Origin: the human T2T-CHM13v2.0 reference genome, Homo sapiens
Strand: one strand, 5' to 3'
Length of the DNA stretch: 64,000 nt
Assembly (NCBI RefSeq): GCF_009914755.1
Contig: NC_060927.1
Shown here: piece after piece, positions 41,698 to 57,470 of the stretch
How the letters are laid out: each line of letters opens with the position of its first letter
Numbering within the stretch: the first letter of the stretch is position 1
Program-made: the position numbers and the translations under genes
Notes under the pieces: generated by a model
What the model saw: the letters and a program-made list of their open reading frames with translations, nothing else
What the model was told of the DNA's origin: nothing
The model's database searches: none

Positions 41698-44170
41698 TCT
41701 TAAATCTATCAGTTTTCAAAATATTGTCTTAGGCATTTTATGTAATTCTCTGCAAAAGTATAAATTTTTATTTTTAGGATTCGAACATAGAATTATTAGA
41801 CCTTGTGGTGATTCGGTGAAATAAGGAATTGTAAAACACTATTAGGTTAGCTTTTATTGCATATAATGAGAATCTCCTAGATGATGTAGAAATCATTAAA
41901 ACTTAATTGTATAACTGCTGGACTTGTCTCAAAGTGTCTTGAACTGATAAGCCTTCCTAATCTTCTAGTGTTGCTTCAGCTCATTGATGAAGTAAAGTGG
42001 CTGGCTTTTAAAAATTGATAACCTTATTATAATTACTAAAGTGTAGCACATTCTGTTTGCCTAAGGTGTTTGAATGAGTCACTACCTATCAAAGGAAAAT
42101 TATGCTATGGTATAGGGAATCCCAACATGTCAAATATGCAGATACTTTTTAATAGACTTATATTATTTCAGTTGACTTTTTAATGTTTGTTGATTGAGAA
42201 AGCATGGTGAATTACTTTGAATGAATTGCTTTGGATGAATTTAGTACCATATTAAAGTAAATACATATTTATTAATCCATCACTAATATTTATTTGAAAA
42301 ATAAAAGTACATAGTAAATATATTAATAGTATAACATATATTTTGTATGTGAGTGAATAATTTTTGCAGTAACTGTGCTTTCCTATGTTTGTGAATTTGT
42401 TGACCTATTGCTCTAGACCCTTTTTAAGACATACGATCTCAGTGTTATAAAATAGATGTCATTCAAGATGTTCTATTAGTAGGTTGAAGATGTGTCTAAG
42501 AACAGTGACCTTCCTGTGCTGAGGACTTAGCTGGCTTCTCTTGATGTTACAACAGTGCTAGGAGGAAGCCAGTTAGGTCCCTTGAGTGCCAGTTAGTGCA
42601 CTGCAGGGGCAAGCACAAACACTGACTCACTTTCTAGGTAAGTGCAAGTGTCTCCTAAAGTTCTCAGTCAATAAATAACACATGCCAATTAATGCCACAA
42701 AGCGTGTCTGACTTGTTTTGGTGTAAAGAATGTTTTTCAGCTCTGTTTTTATTTCTGACTATGCTAAGATATTTTAAATATGTGCTATTATAGGTCATGT
42801 ATTCCTTTACACGAATTTTTGGAAACATAACCTTATCATTGGATTTTCAAAGGCTACTTTACAAAGTTGTCTCCATTTGCTTCTATTAAATTATAAGTTA
42901 ATATGGAAGTCATTCTTTTCTCTTTTTGTTATGTCAGTTGTGTGCATACAGTTTTTCATATATTTATATATTCACACATATTACCCTTACATACCTCTGG
43001 GAGAGTATAACACATTTGTAACACTCCTGTATAAAATATTATATTTAAACATGTTATCTCATGCTGAACATGCTTGATAAGTTTAGTGTGTGAGATTGTG
43101 TACCGTCCCCAATTAATTGGTTGTATCAGTTGACTGGGGAATGTTATTGGGCCAAATGGACACAGCCACCAATGCCTGGTATCAAAACAGCTTAGGGTAT
43201 TTGTTGGAAGGAAATGATATTGCAAAGCATTTGAAGAAAAATGAGAGAAGCAGAAACAAAGGATATTAAAAAAATTGTAGCAAATTTGAGCAATGAAAAA
43301 CATGAAAAGAGATGAAATAACTAGTTATTTAATTCCCCAGTGACTTCTTAAGTCTGGTCCTCACCAGAGTTTCAGTATTAACTCTCTGGTATTTTTTTCA
43401 TATCAACTGCTGTTTTTAACTATATGATGTGGCAGTCATATATTCTGTCTTTTCTAGGATTGTTTCCACTTCACATATTCTTTTTTCCCTATAAGCATAT
43501 TTGAACTTGTCGGAATATATGTACATTTTGTGGTTCAGAAAATATGGTCACAGTGTAAAACCCACAACATCAAAATAAGCTCTAGAGTTTGCCATGGAGT
43601 CTTTACATTAGTTGCCATTCAGGACTGTTGAAAGAGTTCTACAAGCTTTACACAAAAAAGGACAGGCTAGTGTTGTGATTAGGAACTGGGGAGTCATGTA
43701 TCCTGAATTCACATGTTTATCCTGCCATAGGCAAGTGACCTAACCTTTCAAAATCTTAGTTTCTTTATCTGAAAATGGGGATCATTAAATAACCACTTTC
43801 AAAAGGTTTTATTTAGATTTAAAGTCATGATGTAAATTCTTAATAAATGCTAGTTGTTATTTTTATAGTTATCTTTTTAAAATTAGACATCAAATATTTG
43901 AATATGAACATTTGAGGACATGCAAAATTATCTAGCTATGTCTAAAATGAAAAGAGTCATCTTTAAAAACGTTTGGCAAGAATTTTATTCCCTCTCTTGA
44001 TTCTATATCATTGTATGAGTTACCTCTGCAACTTAAAATGGAGGGTGGCTTATCCATCTTGAACAGACATTACTACTAGACTTCTCATTGTTACATGTAT
44101 CATTAGGAGATGTCCAATTGCTTTTCTTTCTACTGAGTATAACTATATCCTAGGTTAATTATTGAAAAAC

Positions 44171-44337
44171 GGGGTGGGGGGAGGGGGGAGGGATAGCATT
44201 AGGAGATATACCTAATGCTAAATGACGAGTTAATGGGTGCAGCACACCAACATGGCACATGTATACATATGTAACAAACCTGCACATTGTGCACATGTAC
44301 CCTAAAACTTAAAGTATAGCAATAAAAGAAAAAAAAC
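44171..44337 (+). mobile_element. Very short L1PA3/4 3' end
   Basis: G-rich tract through aaacttaaagtata and tail; TSD gaaaaa(c/t)gg at 44164-44172 and 44338-44346. Confidence 0.92.
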
Positions 44338-46524
44338 GAAAAATGGAAAAGTTAATAAATATTTAAAGAGGCAAAAAAGTCACTCTGCTTTTTTATAAAT
44401 GATTGCAATGAAAATTTATATGCATGCAATTTTGTTTTATTTTCTTTTAATTTCTTAGGCTAGATTTTAGAAATGAACTATAAATATAGACATTTCAAGA
44501 ACTTTGGTATGTCTTCCTAAAGTGTTGTGCCCATTCATACTGTTTAGAGTGTGCCAGCCTTGCCACAAATCTGTTGGCACTCAGTGATGTTTTAAAATAT
44601 CATTAAATAATTTTTAGGCCAAATGTATAAATTGAATACCACAATTGCCTTCTCTCCTCAGTTACTAATGAGACATTGTTTGATTAGTGATTTTTTGTAA
44701 TGCTAATATCAGATTTGTTTGTTTTATATCTGAAAGGGTTAAACAGGATCAAAGTTTATATTGTTTGCTGTTAGAGTTGCCTTGAAAAAATTTTATTTGG
44801 CCCTCTAACAAAGAAGTGATTGCAAAAGTGGTGATCTTACAACTTTGAGATCAGTTGTGGCAATACAGAGCAGCTCTATATTTCTCTTCTAAATCATCAT
44901 CGTAAGTTATATAGAAAGTAGTCATGTAGACAGTGTAATTCAGTAGCTCCAAAGAGAGGTTACCACGGTTACCTGGAACATCAGACAGGAGGTTTGTTCC
45001 TAGGCTCATTTTACTAATACAATTACTTGTCTGAATTGAAGTGAAAATGTTCGAGTGTTATTTTTTTAACCTTGTTACTGGCATGAATTATATTTTCATT
45101 TATTCTGAAGTATTGTGAAGAATGTATTTCAAGTCTGTTCTACAGTTTTATGTCAACTAAATCCTTTGCAACATCCTTTGACCTACAGCTGAATTTTGGT
45201 GTTTATGTTCAGTGTTACTCAAGAGAAGAACGGAGTAGAAACTAGTGGTTATTGTGGTGCTGAATACTCATTATTTTATTATTAGTTTGATGTATTCCTT
45301 ATAAAAGACAGTAATTCGAATGGAATGATCGTCATAAAAAGAAAACCTCAGTTAGGACTTCTTTCACCACTTATTGAAAACTGCAAGCCCCCTCCCCTAC
45401 CATTTGCACCCCATTTCCTATGTATTCAGGGTTTTTCTTTCCATGCACCATCTCACACACTGTATACATGAAACTTTCCTGTGTGTTTGTTTTTTGTTTC
45501 TCTCATTCTACTAGAAGTGAGTTCCATAAGGGTGGGGATTTTAGCTTTTTTTTACTGTTCTACTCCCTATGTCTAGAAGTGACTGGCAGCACATAGTAGG
45601 TTCTCAATAGCTGTTAAATTAATGAATGAATTTACCAAAAATTATGTTTCTAGAAAATGCATCAAAGAACAAGATGAAGCAGGTATGATTAGATTTTTTA
45701 GAATAATTACTAACCTTTGTTTAACTTTTGACTCACATGTCTCAGGTATAGCAATCTAACGTAATGCTAATCAAAGCTATTAACGTGAGGATATATTTGG
45801 TGATATGTAAGTTATTTTAGGCCAGATTTACTTTATTTATCAAAAATATTCTCAAAGCCCAATTTTTAATAGCTGGTAAATATAAGACGTTAAAGTTAAG
45901 ATAATCTAGCATCCTGGGTACTACTGTTTTGTATTTCCTCCTTTTATTCAACAATTTAAATTGTTGTTATTGAATTTTTTTGAAATAAATACATTAACTT
46001 TCCAGTCTTTGCAACTGGAGTACATCGAGTATTATTTATTCAAAAAAAAATTGTGGTTTGAACATTCCCTAGATACTTGACTATATTAGGGAGTTACTGT
46101 TAATTATTTTAGGTGGATAATGATACTATAGGTATATTAAAAATAGTCTTTGTCTTTTAAAATTACATACTGAAATAACTATGCATAAAATGATATGGCT
46201 GAGGGTTTTTGTTATTTTTTTCAGTCTGAGGGGAGAGTGGATAGGAACGTGCATGGGAGTAGACTGATGATCAGTGGTGCTAGGGATGAGTACCAGGGGT
46301 GAATGGTTGATATATTATTCTTTCTACTATTATGTTAGTTAAGTATTCTTCGTAATAAGAGAAAAAGGAGGAGTAAGGAGATGAAGAGCAGAGAAGGAGA
46401 AGGAGGAGGAGGAAGAGTAGAAAAGTGGAAGAAGACAAAAGTATTTATGAAAAAATAAAATAGGTGTTAGAGAGATACGTAAGCAATTCCATATAAAACA
46501 ATGGACGAGACAGGGACAGTTAAC

Positions 46525-46685
46525 ATTATTGAACACTAATATATGCCAAGCACTGTTCTACCTCCTATAATCTTAGCAATAACCCTATGAGCTGGGTTTT
46601 ATTATTACCACCATTTTTCAGATGAGAAAATTGAATTTCAGAGTGGCTAAGCAACTTGTCCAAAATATAAGTGGTGAAGCTGTCA
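46525..46685 (-). mobile_element. MIR SINE
   Basis: atatgccaagcactgttcta...aaccctatgag...ccatttttcagatgagaaaattga. Confidence 0.7.
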
Positions 46686-47427
46686 AACAGTCACTGAACC
46701 TAAGACACAATTGTAACGTATGCTATTATTTTGTGTATCTCTAAGAAACAGAAACTTAGAATTTTTATGTTATACTTATTGTAAGATCTCTTTTAGTCTG
46801 CTTTATGCAAAGCTTATTATGTTGTTACATATCAGTCTTGTTTATATATAAAAAGGAAACTACAAAGTAAATGAAGCTCTTTCTAAAACATTTTACATTC
46901 AGAGGATGACTCATTCAAATCTTTTTGACTCAGAATTTTTAATGCCTGTATTTCTCCATGCAGTGTCACCCTCTGTGCTATTAACAAAATAGTGATGCAA
47001 TTTTCATTAAAACAATGTTCCATTTTAGTCCCTGGGACTTTCTTCCAAGCCAGTGGTGGCCATTCTGCAAGTTTTGATACTAATCATTTCCTGAACTTAC
47101 CAAAAGATATCAATGGAGGGTTTTCAACAACAAACAAGACTCCTCATTCTTCCTAAAATGATCTTTAAATGGTTCAATAACTTGAAACCTGAGGGACGAA
47201 AGTTGTCTAGTCAGGCCCAGAATAATAACCAAGTTAATGCATGCACAAACAAGTAAAATTGTGTCACAACTGACACCTGAACTATGGTAACTGTAAAAAC
47301 TAACTACGAACGCACAGATATTAAAATAGAAAAAAAGTCTAAAAATAGATAAAATAAGGTAAATTGATTAGCTGGGTAGTAGGTACACAGGTGCTCACTA
47401 CTGTGTATAAAATAATATGTCATAACA

Positions 47428-47730
<303 letters not shown>

Positions 47731-49487
47731 TGTCATAAGAAAAGATTAGATGAGATGTGAAAGACATGTTGGGTCTTGCTTCTGCCAAATCGTGTATTTC
47801 ATGCTTTTTTTTTTTTTTTTTTACTTTATTCTAGAGAAGAATAGGTGTCTAAAGACAGTTCTTAAAAGGGGCAGAGACTAAACCAGATATGCTCGATTTT
47901 AAAAGATAACTCTGATAGCAGTGTGTAATATAGACTATTTCTCGCTGGACACAACATTAAGAAGTAAGAAAAACACAGAAGGCATCAAAGAAAAGGGGAA
48001 GTTCATTGACTATCAACAGTGGGACTGGGAAAATGACGACCCTGCTAATATTTCATGAATAAATATTGGACATATCTTGGCTTGTTACTTACCTCATCTT
48101 TCTAAAAGTCAAATGTATAAAATATTGTTTGATCTCAATGTGTTTTGATATCTAAATGTAATGATAATTCTGTTTCTTTTAGAGTTTCTGGTTGTAAGTT
48201 GGAATGTAGTCCAATATCTAGATATAATTAGGGAACAATTGACACAATTATACTAAATAAAATATTTAGTTTTGAAATCTATAAAGCATACACTCTCAAA
48301 TGCAAATACTTTAAAGGTACTGTTTATGTGCAAAGATATTGTTCAAATATAGTTCTATAGCACAAGTGATATGTGTGTGCAGTTTTGTAGTTTTTCAGTA
48401 TCAAAGTCCCATGATAATTGGCATATGGTGTTCTATAATAATACATAATAACATATGATGACTGTAATTAAGTGCAGTGACTTAGACTTTGTCTTTTAAT
48501 GACCCTCAGTGGATACTGAATGAAAGGTAAATTAAAGGTTCATTAAGCTGTGTTCAATAGAAAAAAAATGTTTTCAAATGGCAGATGTACTGTGAAGTTA
48601 AATGAATTTTATTCAGATCTGCTCTTCTGTATTTTTTCAAATGACAAGCCTAGTCTGAAGTATTTGAAGTGTTTTAGGAAATTTAAAAAATGAGCATTTA
48701 TTTCAGCTTATTTAATATTTCAAGCTTTAAATGTGTAAAACGATTGGAGAGACCCTAGAAATTTGGCTGTTTCTACATCAAAGTGGCCTTTAGTGTGGCT
48801 TTGTTTGACGTTCTAGTCTGTGAAAGGAAAAGAAAAGCAGAAAGGAAAACAACAATAATGTACACAGTGAAGTTAAACAAAACATCTGGAGCACCCAGTA
48901 TTTTTTCCGTGTATGCTAGCCAGCATTTAAATTTAAAGTCTTGTGTTTCAAAATATGTATGGGAAATCAGAAAAAAATCACAGGCAGAAATATTTCTAAC
49001 TTTGTTTCTTATGCATAAAGCTGTCAAAAAGGCATTTAAAATATTTAAAATGTAATGAATTTGAGCTTTTTAATATATTTACCATTCCATTAGCATTATT
49101 AAACAGAAGTATAAAGGCAATGCTATTTATATAGTAATATCATAAATATACTATAAATGGCATGTGAATATTTACTAATAGAGGCAGCTGCTCTTTTAAA
49201 AAAATTGCTTGTGGTTCTGATATCCTATATATAATGTTTTACTTTTTTAAAAATATAATCATTATGGGTGTGCATGGTTCTTTTATTAGGAAATGCATGT
49301 ATACGGAAAAAGAAGAAGGAATCTTTACCAATGGACTACAGGAAGTGAAAGCAAAACGTTTCCCTACCTGAAAGTTTCCTTGTGTGAGACTGGAATATAT
49401 AGTTTTACCTCTGTACACCATTTTTGCTCTAGCCTATATGGACTACCTACACTCATAATGAGAATAATGATCAAATGAAGGAGTTCG

Positions 49488-49809
49488 GTTTTGTTTTGTT
49501 CTTTTCTTTCTTTTTTTTTTTTTCTTGAGACAATCTCACTCCGTCACCCAGGCTGGTGTGCAGTGGCATAATCTCTGATCACTGCAACCTCTGCCTCCCA
49601 GGTTCAAGCAATTCCCCTGCCTCAGCCTCCTGAGTAGGTGGAATTACAGGCATGCACCACCATGCCTGGTTAATTTTTGTATTTTTATTACAGACGAAGT
49701 TTTGCCATGTTGCCCAGGCTGGTCTCAAACTCCCGACCTCAAGTGATCTGCCCGCATTGGCCTCCCAAATATTGCTGGGATTACAGGCTTGAGCCACTGC
49801 ACACAGCCA
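49488..49809 (-). mobile_element. AluSx/Sz-like SINE
   Basis: Full dimer with poly-T; TSD aaatgaaggag(t/c)t. Confidence 0.93.
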
Positions 49810-49894
49810 AATGAAGGAGCTTTATCTTACGTTTAGGAAAGAAAGTTGTAGCAAAATGCAGCGCAGCAATAATAAGAGTATGTAATAATTTTAA

Positions 49895-50957
49895 AAAATT
49901 ATTTAGATATAAATTAAAAACCATAAAATTCACTCATATGAAGTGTGCAATTTGATGGTTTTTAATTTATTCAGTTACAAAACCATCACCATGATCCAAT
50001 CAGTTGTAGAACATTTCATCGTACCAAAAATAAAGTCCCCATTCATTAGCAGTTACACTGTCACTCCCCAATTTCTCCAGTTTTCCTGCCCCAGCCCCAT
50101 GCAACCAGTAATCTTTCTGTCTCTATATCTGCCTATTCTGGACTTAAATGTAAATAAAAGTATCCAATACGTGGTCTTTTGTGACTGACTTCTTTCACGT
50201 AGGAAGATGTTTTTGAGATTCATCCATTTTTTACTATGTATCAGTACTTAATTCATTTTTATTGCTGAATAATATTCCCATGTATGGATGTATCACATTT
50301 TATTTATCCTTCCGTCAGTCTATGGATATTTCAGTTGTTTCAACTTTTTGGCTACTATGATTAATGCTGCTCTAAAACATTTGTGTACAAGTGTTTGTGT
50401 TATGTTTTCATTTCTCTTGGGTATATACCTAGAAGTAGAATATTGGATCATATAGTAACACAATGTTTAACTTTTTGAGGAAACCTCAGACTATTTTCCA
50501 AAGCAGCTGCACCATTATACATTCCCACTAGCAACGTATGGGGTTCTAATTTCTCTAATATCCTTTCCAACACTTATCATCTGTCTTTTTGGTTATTACT
50601 ACCTTAGTGAGTGTGAATTGGTTTTTTATTGTGGTTTTTACTTGTGTTTTCCTAATGATTAATGCTATTTAGTTTCTTTCCATGTGCTTATTAGCCATTT
50701 GTATATCTTCTTTCGAGGAATTTATTTTCAGATCATTTGTCATTTTTTAAATTGGATTGTCTTTGTATTAACAAGTTGCAAGAGTTCTTTAGATAATCTG
50801 GACTCAAATATTTTATTAGATATATGTTTTGAAACTGTGTTCTCCCATTGGTGGGTTGCCTTTTCACTTTCTTGATTATGTTCTCTGAAGCACAAATGTG
50901 TTTTTGTTGAAATCCAGTTTATTCATCTTTTTTGTTGTTGTTGCTTGTGCTTTCTGC
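49895..50957 (-). mobile_element. 5'-truncated L1MB-like element
   Basis: L1MB 3'UTR (ccataaaattcactc...gtggtcttttgtgactgacttctttcac) and antisense ORF2 3' motifs. Confidence 0.85.
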
Positions 50958-51442
50958 AATAAAGTTTTAAGAGAAAGAAATGTTGAAAAAGTATGCTAGG
51001 TCTTAAGTATATATTTTGAAAAATTTTTCTAACATGTTTTTGGATAAAGGCATCCAAATTACTAACTATCTGGGTCTAAAGCAGGAGATTCGAGATATTG
51101 ACATAAACAACTCCATATCAAAGAATGATTTTTAATTTTTGGAATAAGATATAGACTAGGGAAAGTGACTATTTATGTGCATATCTTCTGGATCAAAATA
51201 AAAGGAATATGCAAGCTTCTTTTTTAAGCTCAATAGGAAGGATTCCTGAAGGAGCAAAGACCATAAGAGAGCTAACTGCACGTGCACACACACGTACGTA
51301 AACACATACTCAAACAGTTATTCATGTAAATCATTCAGGATGCCCTTGATATGCCCTCAATTTAGCTTTCTGTCTTTAATTTTTGATTCCTAGCAAATAT
51401 AAGAATTGCCATACTCTAAGGGTGGTATTTCACATATTCTAG

Positions 51443-51745
<303 letters not shown>

Positions 51746-54700
51746 AACTATAGACTATTTTTAGAATAACTGTTAAGAGGTTATCTCTGTGGATATCTTA
51801 GTTAACATAACTTATTTCTGCTTTCAGTTCTGAAATTCTTAAACTGCAAATTATGCAATGAAAGTAGTTTTCAGGTTTCCAACTTTACCTTAATTCTAAA
51901 CCGAATTTTCCAAGTTGGTGAGAGTCTACTGTATCAATAAGACAACTAAAATATGTGTCTTTATGAATTATCTACTCTCCCAGAGTTAGCAAGATTTGCT
52001 CATATATCATAATATAAGCTTATCGAAGCAGAATTGCAGCTGCTTGGCAGTATGAGTTTTATATACAAAGCATTGAAATCTTACACATTATTGGCTATAG
52101 GAAATGAGAATATTAGTTTTCCTAAACATTTTGCACACTGAAACATTTGTATCATCACTTATCTGTGTGGAAAGAACAAATCAAAATGGGATTCAATACC
52201 TTGGAAATCCTATATTTAGTGATTTTTAACCAAGACTAATTTGGTCCAGTGCCTAGTAAATATCTTCTATGCAGTAAATCTGCTAACTCCTGTCATTAGA
52301 ATTTAAAACAATTTAGATTCATAAAACCACTTAACTATGTTGTGTAATTTTAAAGAGAAAAATATAAGATTGAATTTTGCCTTTAGAAAGATCTCTTTGG
52401 AGTTAGTGTCAGTAGTGTTGAATCATTCAGGACTGGATATTAAGTACGTAAGGGCAATAGAAGAGCCTGGAGCATATTTCATATCCCTCTATCCCTCAGC
52501 TCTTCCCCAAGGGTTCACTGCTATAGATTGTAAATGGGACACTGACCATCAGCAAATGGTTTCCACGGCTGTCAGAGCAAGACCAATAACTAGTCACCTT
52601 TCTTTTAAACCGGTTTTCCAGTAAGCATTCAAAAACATATGATTGAGGATATGAATGTAGAAAATGCATTGCTGTCATCATTATCTGAAGCAAAACAAGA
52701 CAAAATTTCTATAAGTGTAATTATGTTATCAAATATAATGTGATAAATATAACACAGTGTAATTATAAATGATCATAAAATGATTAAGCCAAGTGTATAC
52801 ACTTTGAGTACTAATTCATCAGCGTTTAGTATAAATGATTTTGATGTTCACTGGTATCTATCTGTATATCTTTCTGGGGTAATCCAGTTATCCTGCCTCA
52901 CTGTAGTAATGTCTTTAATACCAGCTTCTCCTTGATTTATATTATTTTGTGAAACTCAAATGTCATGGTGTCTTTATCCTGGAAGAATCTGGAATGACAT
53001 ATGAAGACCCCCTTCTTATCCTACCAATCTAAATTTCTTTCCTACTGGCCTCTAATATGTACCTTTTTCTCCATTGAGGGAGATCACTTCACTGACTCCT
53101 ACATATCAATGCATATTCCCACCAGCTCTTCTTTATTATCTTTTTATTTAAGGCTTCAAAGCACAGCATTGGTTCTTGTTGAAGCCCTCTTTAACCTAAC
53201 CATTTCTGATTTCTTAACGATAGACCCCACAATTTACTTCCGAACTGGTAAAGTGTACATATAGTTAGTTTTTTCTTAACTGATAGATTGTAATTTACTT
53301 GGAACCATTTATTGTACATTTTTGGTTTATATTTTCATGACTCTAATATTGTACGCATATTGTTATTGCTTAATAATCTTAAAGGCAATGATGATTGGGA
53401 GCCATTTGTGGAACACATACTCTGTCTTAAGAGCTGTGCTAAGTGATTGAAATTTTTTCACTGAAGTCTCACAGTGCCCTATAACCACTGTCATTCTCTC
53501 TCTCTCGTTCCCTTTGTGTGTGTATGTGTATGTGTGTGTGTGTGTATGTGTGTTTATTAAAACACAATAAGTGACGGAATCTTCAAGGCATCAATTTCTG
53601 GCCTAAAGTCACACTATCAGTGGCAATTTGGGGATTCATACCCATTTCTGTCTGACACCCAGTGCACAGTCTTTAGTAAATTACAATGCAAAACTGTTAT
53701 TGTTTTCTACTAATAATGACATCTTTAATCTATGTATAACAGGGGCTTTAAAAGGGTCTTGTGGATTCAAGTGGAATGGAAGACTGGTTTTGGTTATTGG
53801 AGTCTGAAGTTTATTATAAATATGTAGTTTATTATTTCTATCTTATTTTGTTCATAAAGTGCATTATGCAACTAATTTGACTATCATAAAATGGGATATT
53901 TTCTAAGAATATATGAATTCAACTTTATCAAAATATGTTTAACTTGAAATTAATTCTTAGAGGTGATAAATTATGCTGGGTAAACAATATCAGTTTTACT
54001 TATGGCAATTTTGATTCCAATACAGGAGGAAGGCAGACAGGGAGAAGCACTTTATTTTTTAAGAACAGGAGATTTAGTAAAACCTAACTTTATTGCATTA
54101 ATGAAAGTCAAATGTGATTTAGTTTTTTCTTTCCCTCCCTATTTTTAAAGAATAACTAAAAATATTTTCTTTTTTTGGAACAATTTGTTCATGCTTTAGG
54201 AGCTATTTAATTAAATTATTACCTGCTGGAACAGCATCTGTTTTTGTCCTAAAAATAAGCATAGCTTTCTTTTACATAGGCTTGGTAAATATGTAGAAGG
54301 TGCCAAAAAGCAATAAATACTATCAGCAGATGGACTGAGGCACTTCAGTCTCTACACAGTCAGTCTTTATTGTTCTGGGCATAGCTAAATGGATTTTTCT
54401 GGATAGATTCCTTTCAAAATGTATTATGTACAGGAGGAGAGTTGGATTAATTTTCTCACATAGATCTCTTCACATTATCCCCCTTGAGATGTAAGATACA
54501 GGACCTGGTTTAGTTTTCAACTCTGTGTTGTCCACATAAGAAACACCAGTTCTGAAAGGCATATGTAAATAACAACTTTATAATGTGTTTAAGGAACTTG
54601 ATGTTGGTAAATTCTAGGATGGATTTTCCAGGAACCACCCTCCAGAGGCTGCTTCCTTCTTTCTTCCTTCTCATCTTTTGTCCCCTGTTCCCCCGGAAAC

Positions 54701-55651
54701 AACCTTCACATCTGACACACAGCCTGGAAGTTCATCCTCTCATTCCAGTCTTTGTTTTCTTTTTCAGAGATTGGAGAAATTCAAGCACTCATGATGCATA
54801 TTTATCTCCCAACATCTGCAGTGTTCAGAATTTGGGGTGTCTGGGCGTGTGCATACATGTGAAAGAATGATTCATTTAATTAACGTTAACCAACTTTTAT
54901 TCATCAGTTGTGACCTTTCAGTAATAATAAAATATTAATAACTAGTACTTAAACCACACATTTATAAAATGATTTCATTTAGTTTTCACCAAAAAAAATC
55001 TAGTTTTACCTATGAAGAACAGTGACTTTTTCTGGAGTTCATAGCTAGTAATTGTGGATGCAGAATTCAAACCTAGCTGTCTTGACTCCTAATAGTTTAT
55101 AATTATTTTATAATTAAAACTAATAGTTACATAGGATTTTATAGTTTATCAAATGCCTTTAATTTAATATTTAACTTTATTCATCAATTAATTTTCAGAA
55201 GTATGTAGATGAGGTATTACTATCCTATTCTGAAGGCTGAATGAGTTAAAATACCTACCACCAAACTTGTTGCTGGTAAAATGACAATTATCTGACCCAA
55301 AATTCTATACTTTCTTTAAGATGCTATACCTATTTTGAAACTATTATTTATTGAGCAACTACCAGGTTCCAGATACAGCGCTAAGCTTCAAAGATAAAAG
55401 ATAACTCAACAAATTAAGAACTGAACCTGAGGGCAAATCAGGCTGAGGAAGAACATGCACTGTGTATGCCGAGAAGAAGCTTGAAATCAGGGAGTAGTGG
55501 GAAGGATCAGAATGGAAGTGTAGGCCAGGACATGAAGGTCTTATATGCTTTGGAAAGGAATCTGCAATTTTATGTTGGTGCAGAATAGGATTTTAAGCAG
55601 TCAAGTGATGTGATCAGGTGTGTGTTTTGGAAAAAATAGCTTGAGTGGTGG

Positions 55652-55975
55652 TCTGGTTATTTATTGCTGAGTAAAAAGCTACCCCCCAAATTTTGTGGCT
55701 TTGACAGCAGTCATTTAATTATGTCTCATTATTTGATCAGGAATACAGGCAGGTCTCAGCTGGCCTATTTTTTTGCTCCACATGGCATTGACTGCTTGTC
55801 ACTTGGTAGCGATCAGCTGCCGGCAAGTTGGGTCTAAAGGGTCGAGATAGCTTCATTCATATGCCTGGAACTTTAGTTTGGGTGTCTAGCTCTGCTGCTT
55901 CTCCTCGTGGTCTCAGGGCCTCTCCATATGGTCTCTCCAACAAAGTAGTTTAATTTCTTGGTACTCAGGGCTATA
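55652..55975 (-). mobile_element. Old MLT1 (H/F-like) LTR fragment
   Basis: ttatttattgctgagtaa...tcaggaatacaggcaggtctcagctgg...ggcctctccatatggtctctcca. Confidence 0.6.
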
Positions 55976-57124
55976 AGAATTCCTTCTTTGTAAGTTATTC
56001 ATGCCTTAATTACAGTCTGCATAAGACACCTCAGCATATAAATGTCTCACTATCAATCTGCTTAAGAACCATCACATTTAAATTAAATGATTTCTCTTAA
56101 GGTATATATGTATTCCTAAAAGAGCATAGATATAAATGTGAGGAGATTATTGAGTTATTTGGGGTTTTTCAAAGTTACGCATTTAGTCAAACATTTCTGT
56201 GGTCAAAGAATTATCATAAGACTACAGGCAATAAAAATATGAATAAGGTATAATTCTTGGAGGTGGAACCAAAATGAAAAAGTCAATTGAGAAAAAATTT
56301 AAAGGTAATTAAAAATCACAAACATAGGCAGTTGGTAGCCATGTGGTTGGATGCAAAATGTGTTTGGGGGAACTACTAGCAGTACGTGAGGACAGAGTAT
56401 AGAGACTGTATGTTTGTATGAATGTGTGAGTTCATATCTTCTCCCTACTTTTTCTCCAAAAGACTCCAAGGGCGCTATACACTGATGGAGCCTATGGGAA
56501 AAGGTCATACTACAAAATTTTGTTAGGGCTTGATTTTGGGGAAGTTGAGTTATGTTCTCCTGTGTATTTTATTTTGGTGGAATTCCCAATTTGCCTTCAT
56601 GGGATTCCTTCCTGTCATTATGGCAGAGTGGTTAAGAACACAGATTCCATAACCACACGGCCTTGGGTTCGAAACTTGCATGATTGAGGGCAAGTTACTT
56701 CAACTCTGTCTCTTAATAGTAACTTCATGGTGTCGTTCTGATGTTAACTTACTTAATATAAATAGAGGGCATAGAGTGCTAAATAATTGTGTGCTGTTTT
56801 TCCTGTTAATACTATACTCTTTACCGTAGTGAAACTAGTTAAGGTCATTACTGCTTATAACTTGTGTTGCAGTGCATGTTCCTATTTTTATTGTTATCAT
56901 AATTTTTGTTTTCTTCATCTTTAAAGGTTATGCTCCTTTTTTCTGCAGAAACCAAGTTATTTCCATTATGGGGGCTCTCAAGTGTTATAAATTACTCAGG
57001 AAACAAAGAGACCTGAGTAACTTTATTTTTAAACCCTTTGCAGGATTATAAAAATAAGGAAAGAGAGAGAAGACAACGGATACATTTTGGTTCCTAAGAC
57101 ATGTGGTTAAGATATAGATATTTT

Positions 57125-57470
<346 letters not shown>

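Noticed and set aside
46360-46440. GA-rich tract as an acidic coding exon
   Set aside because: Low-complexity purine run with stop codons and no splice context.
56992-57020. Hairpin ttactcagg...cctgagtaa
   Set aside because: 9-bp arms with an 11-nt loop are expected by chance in 64 kb, and it is not at a junction.
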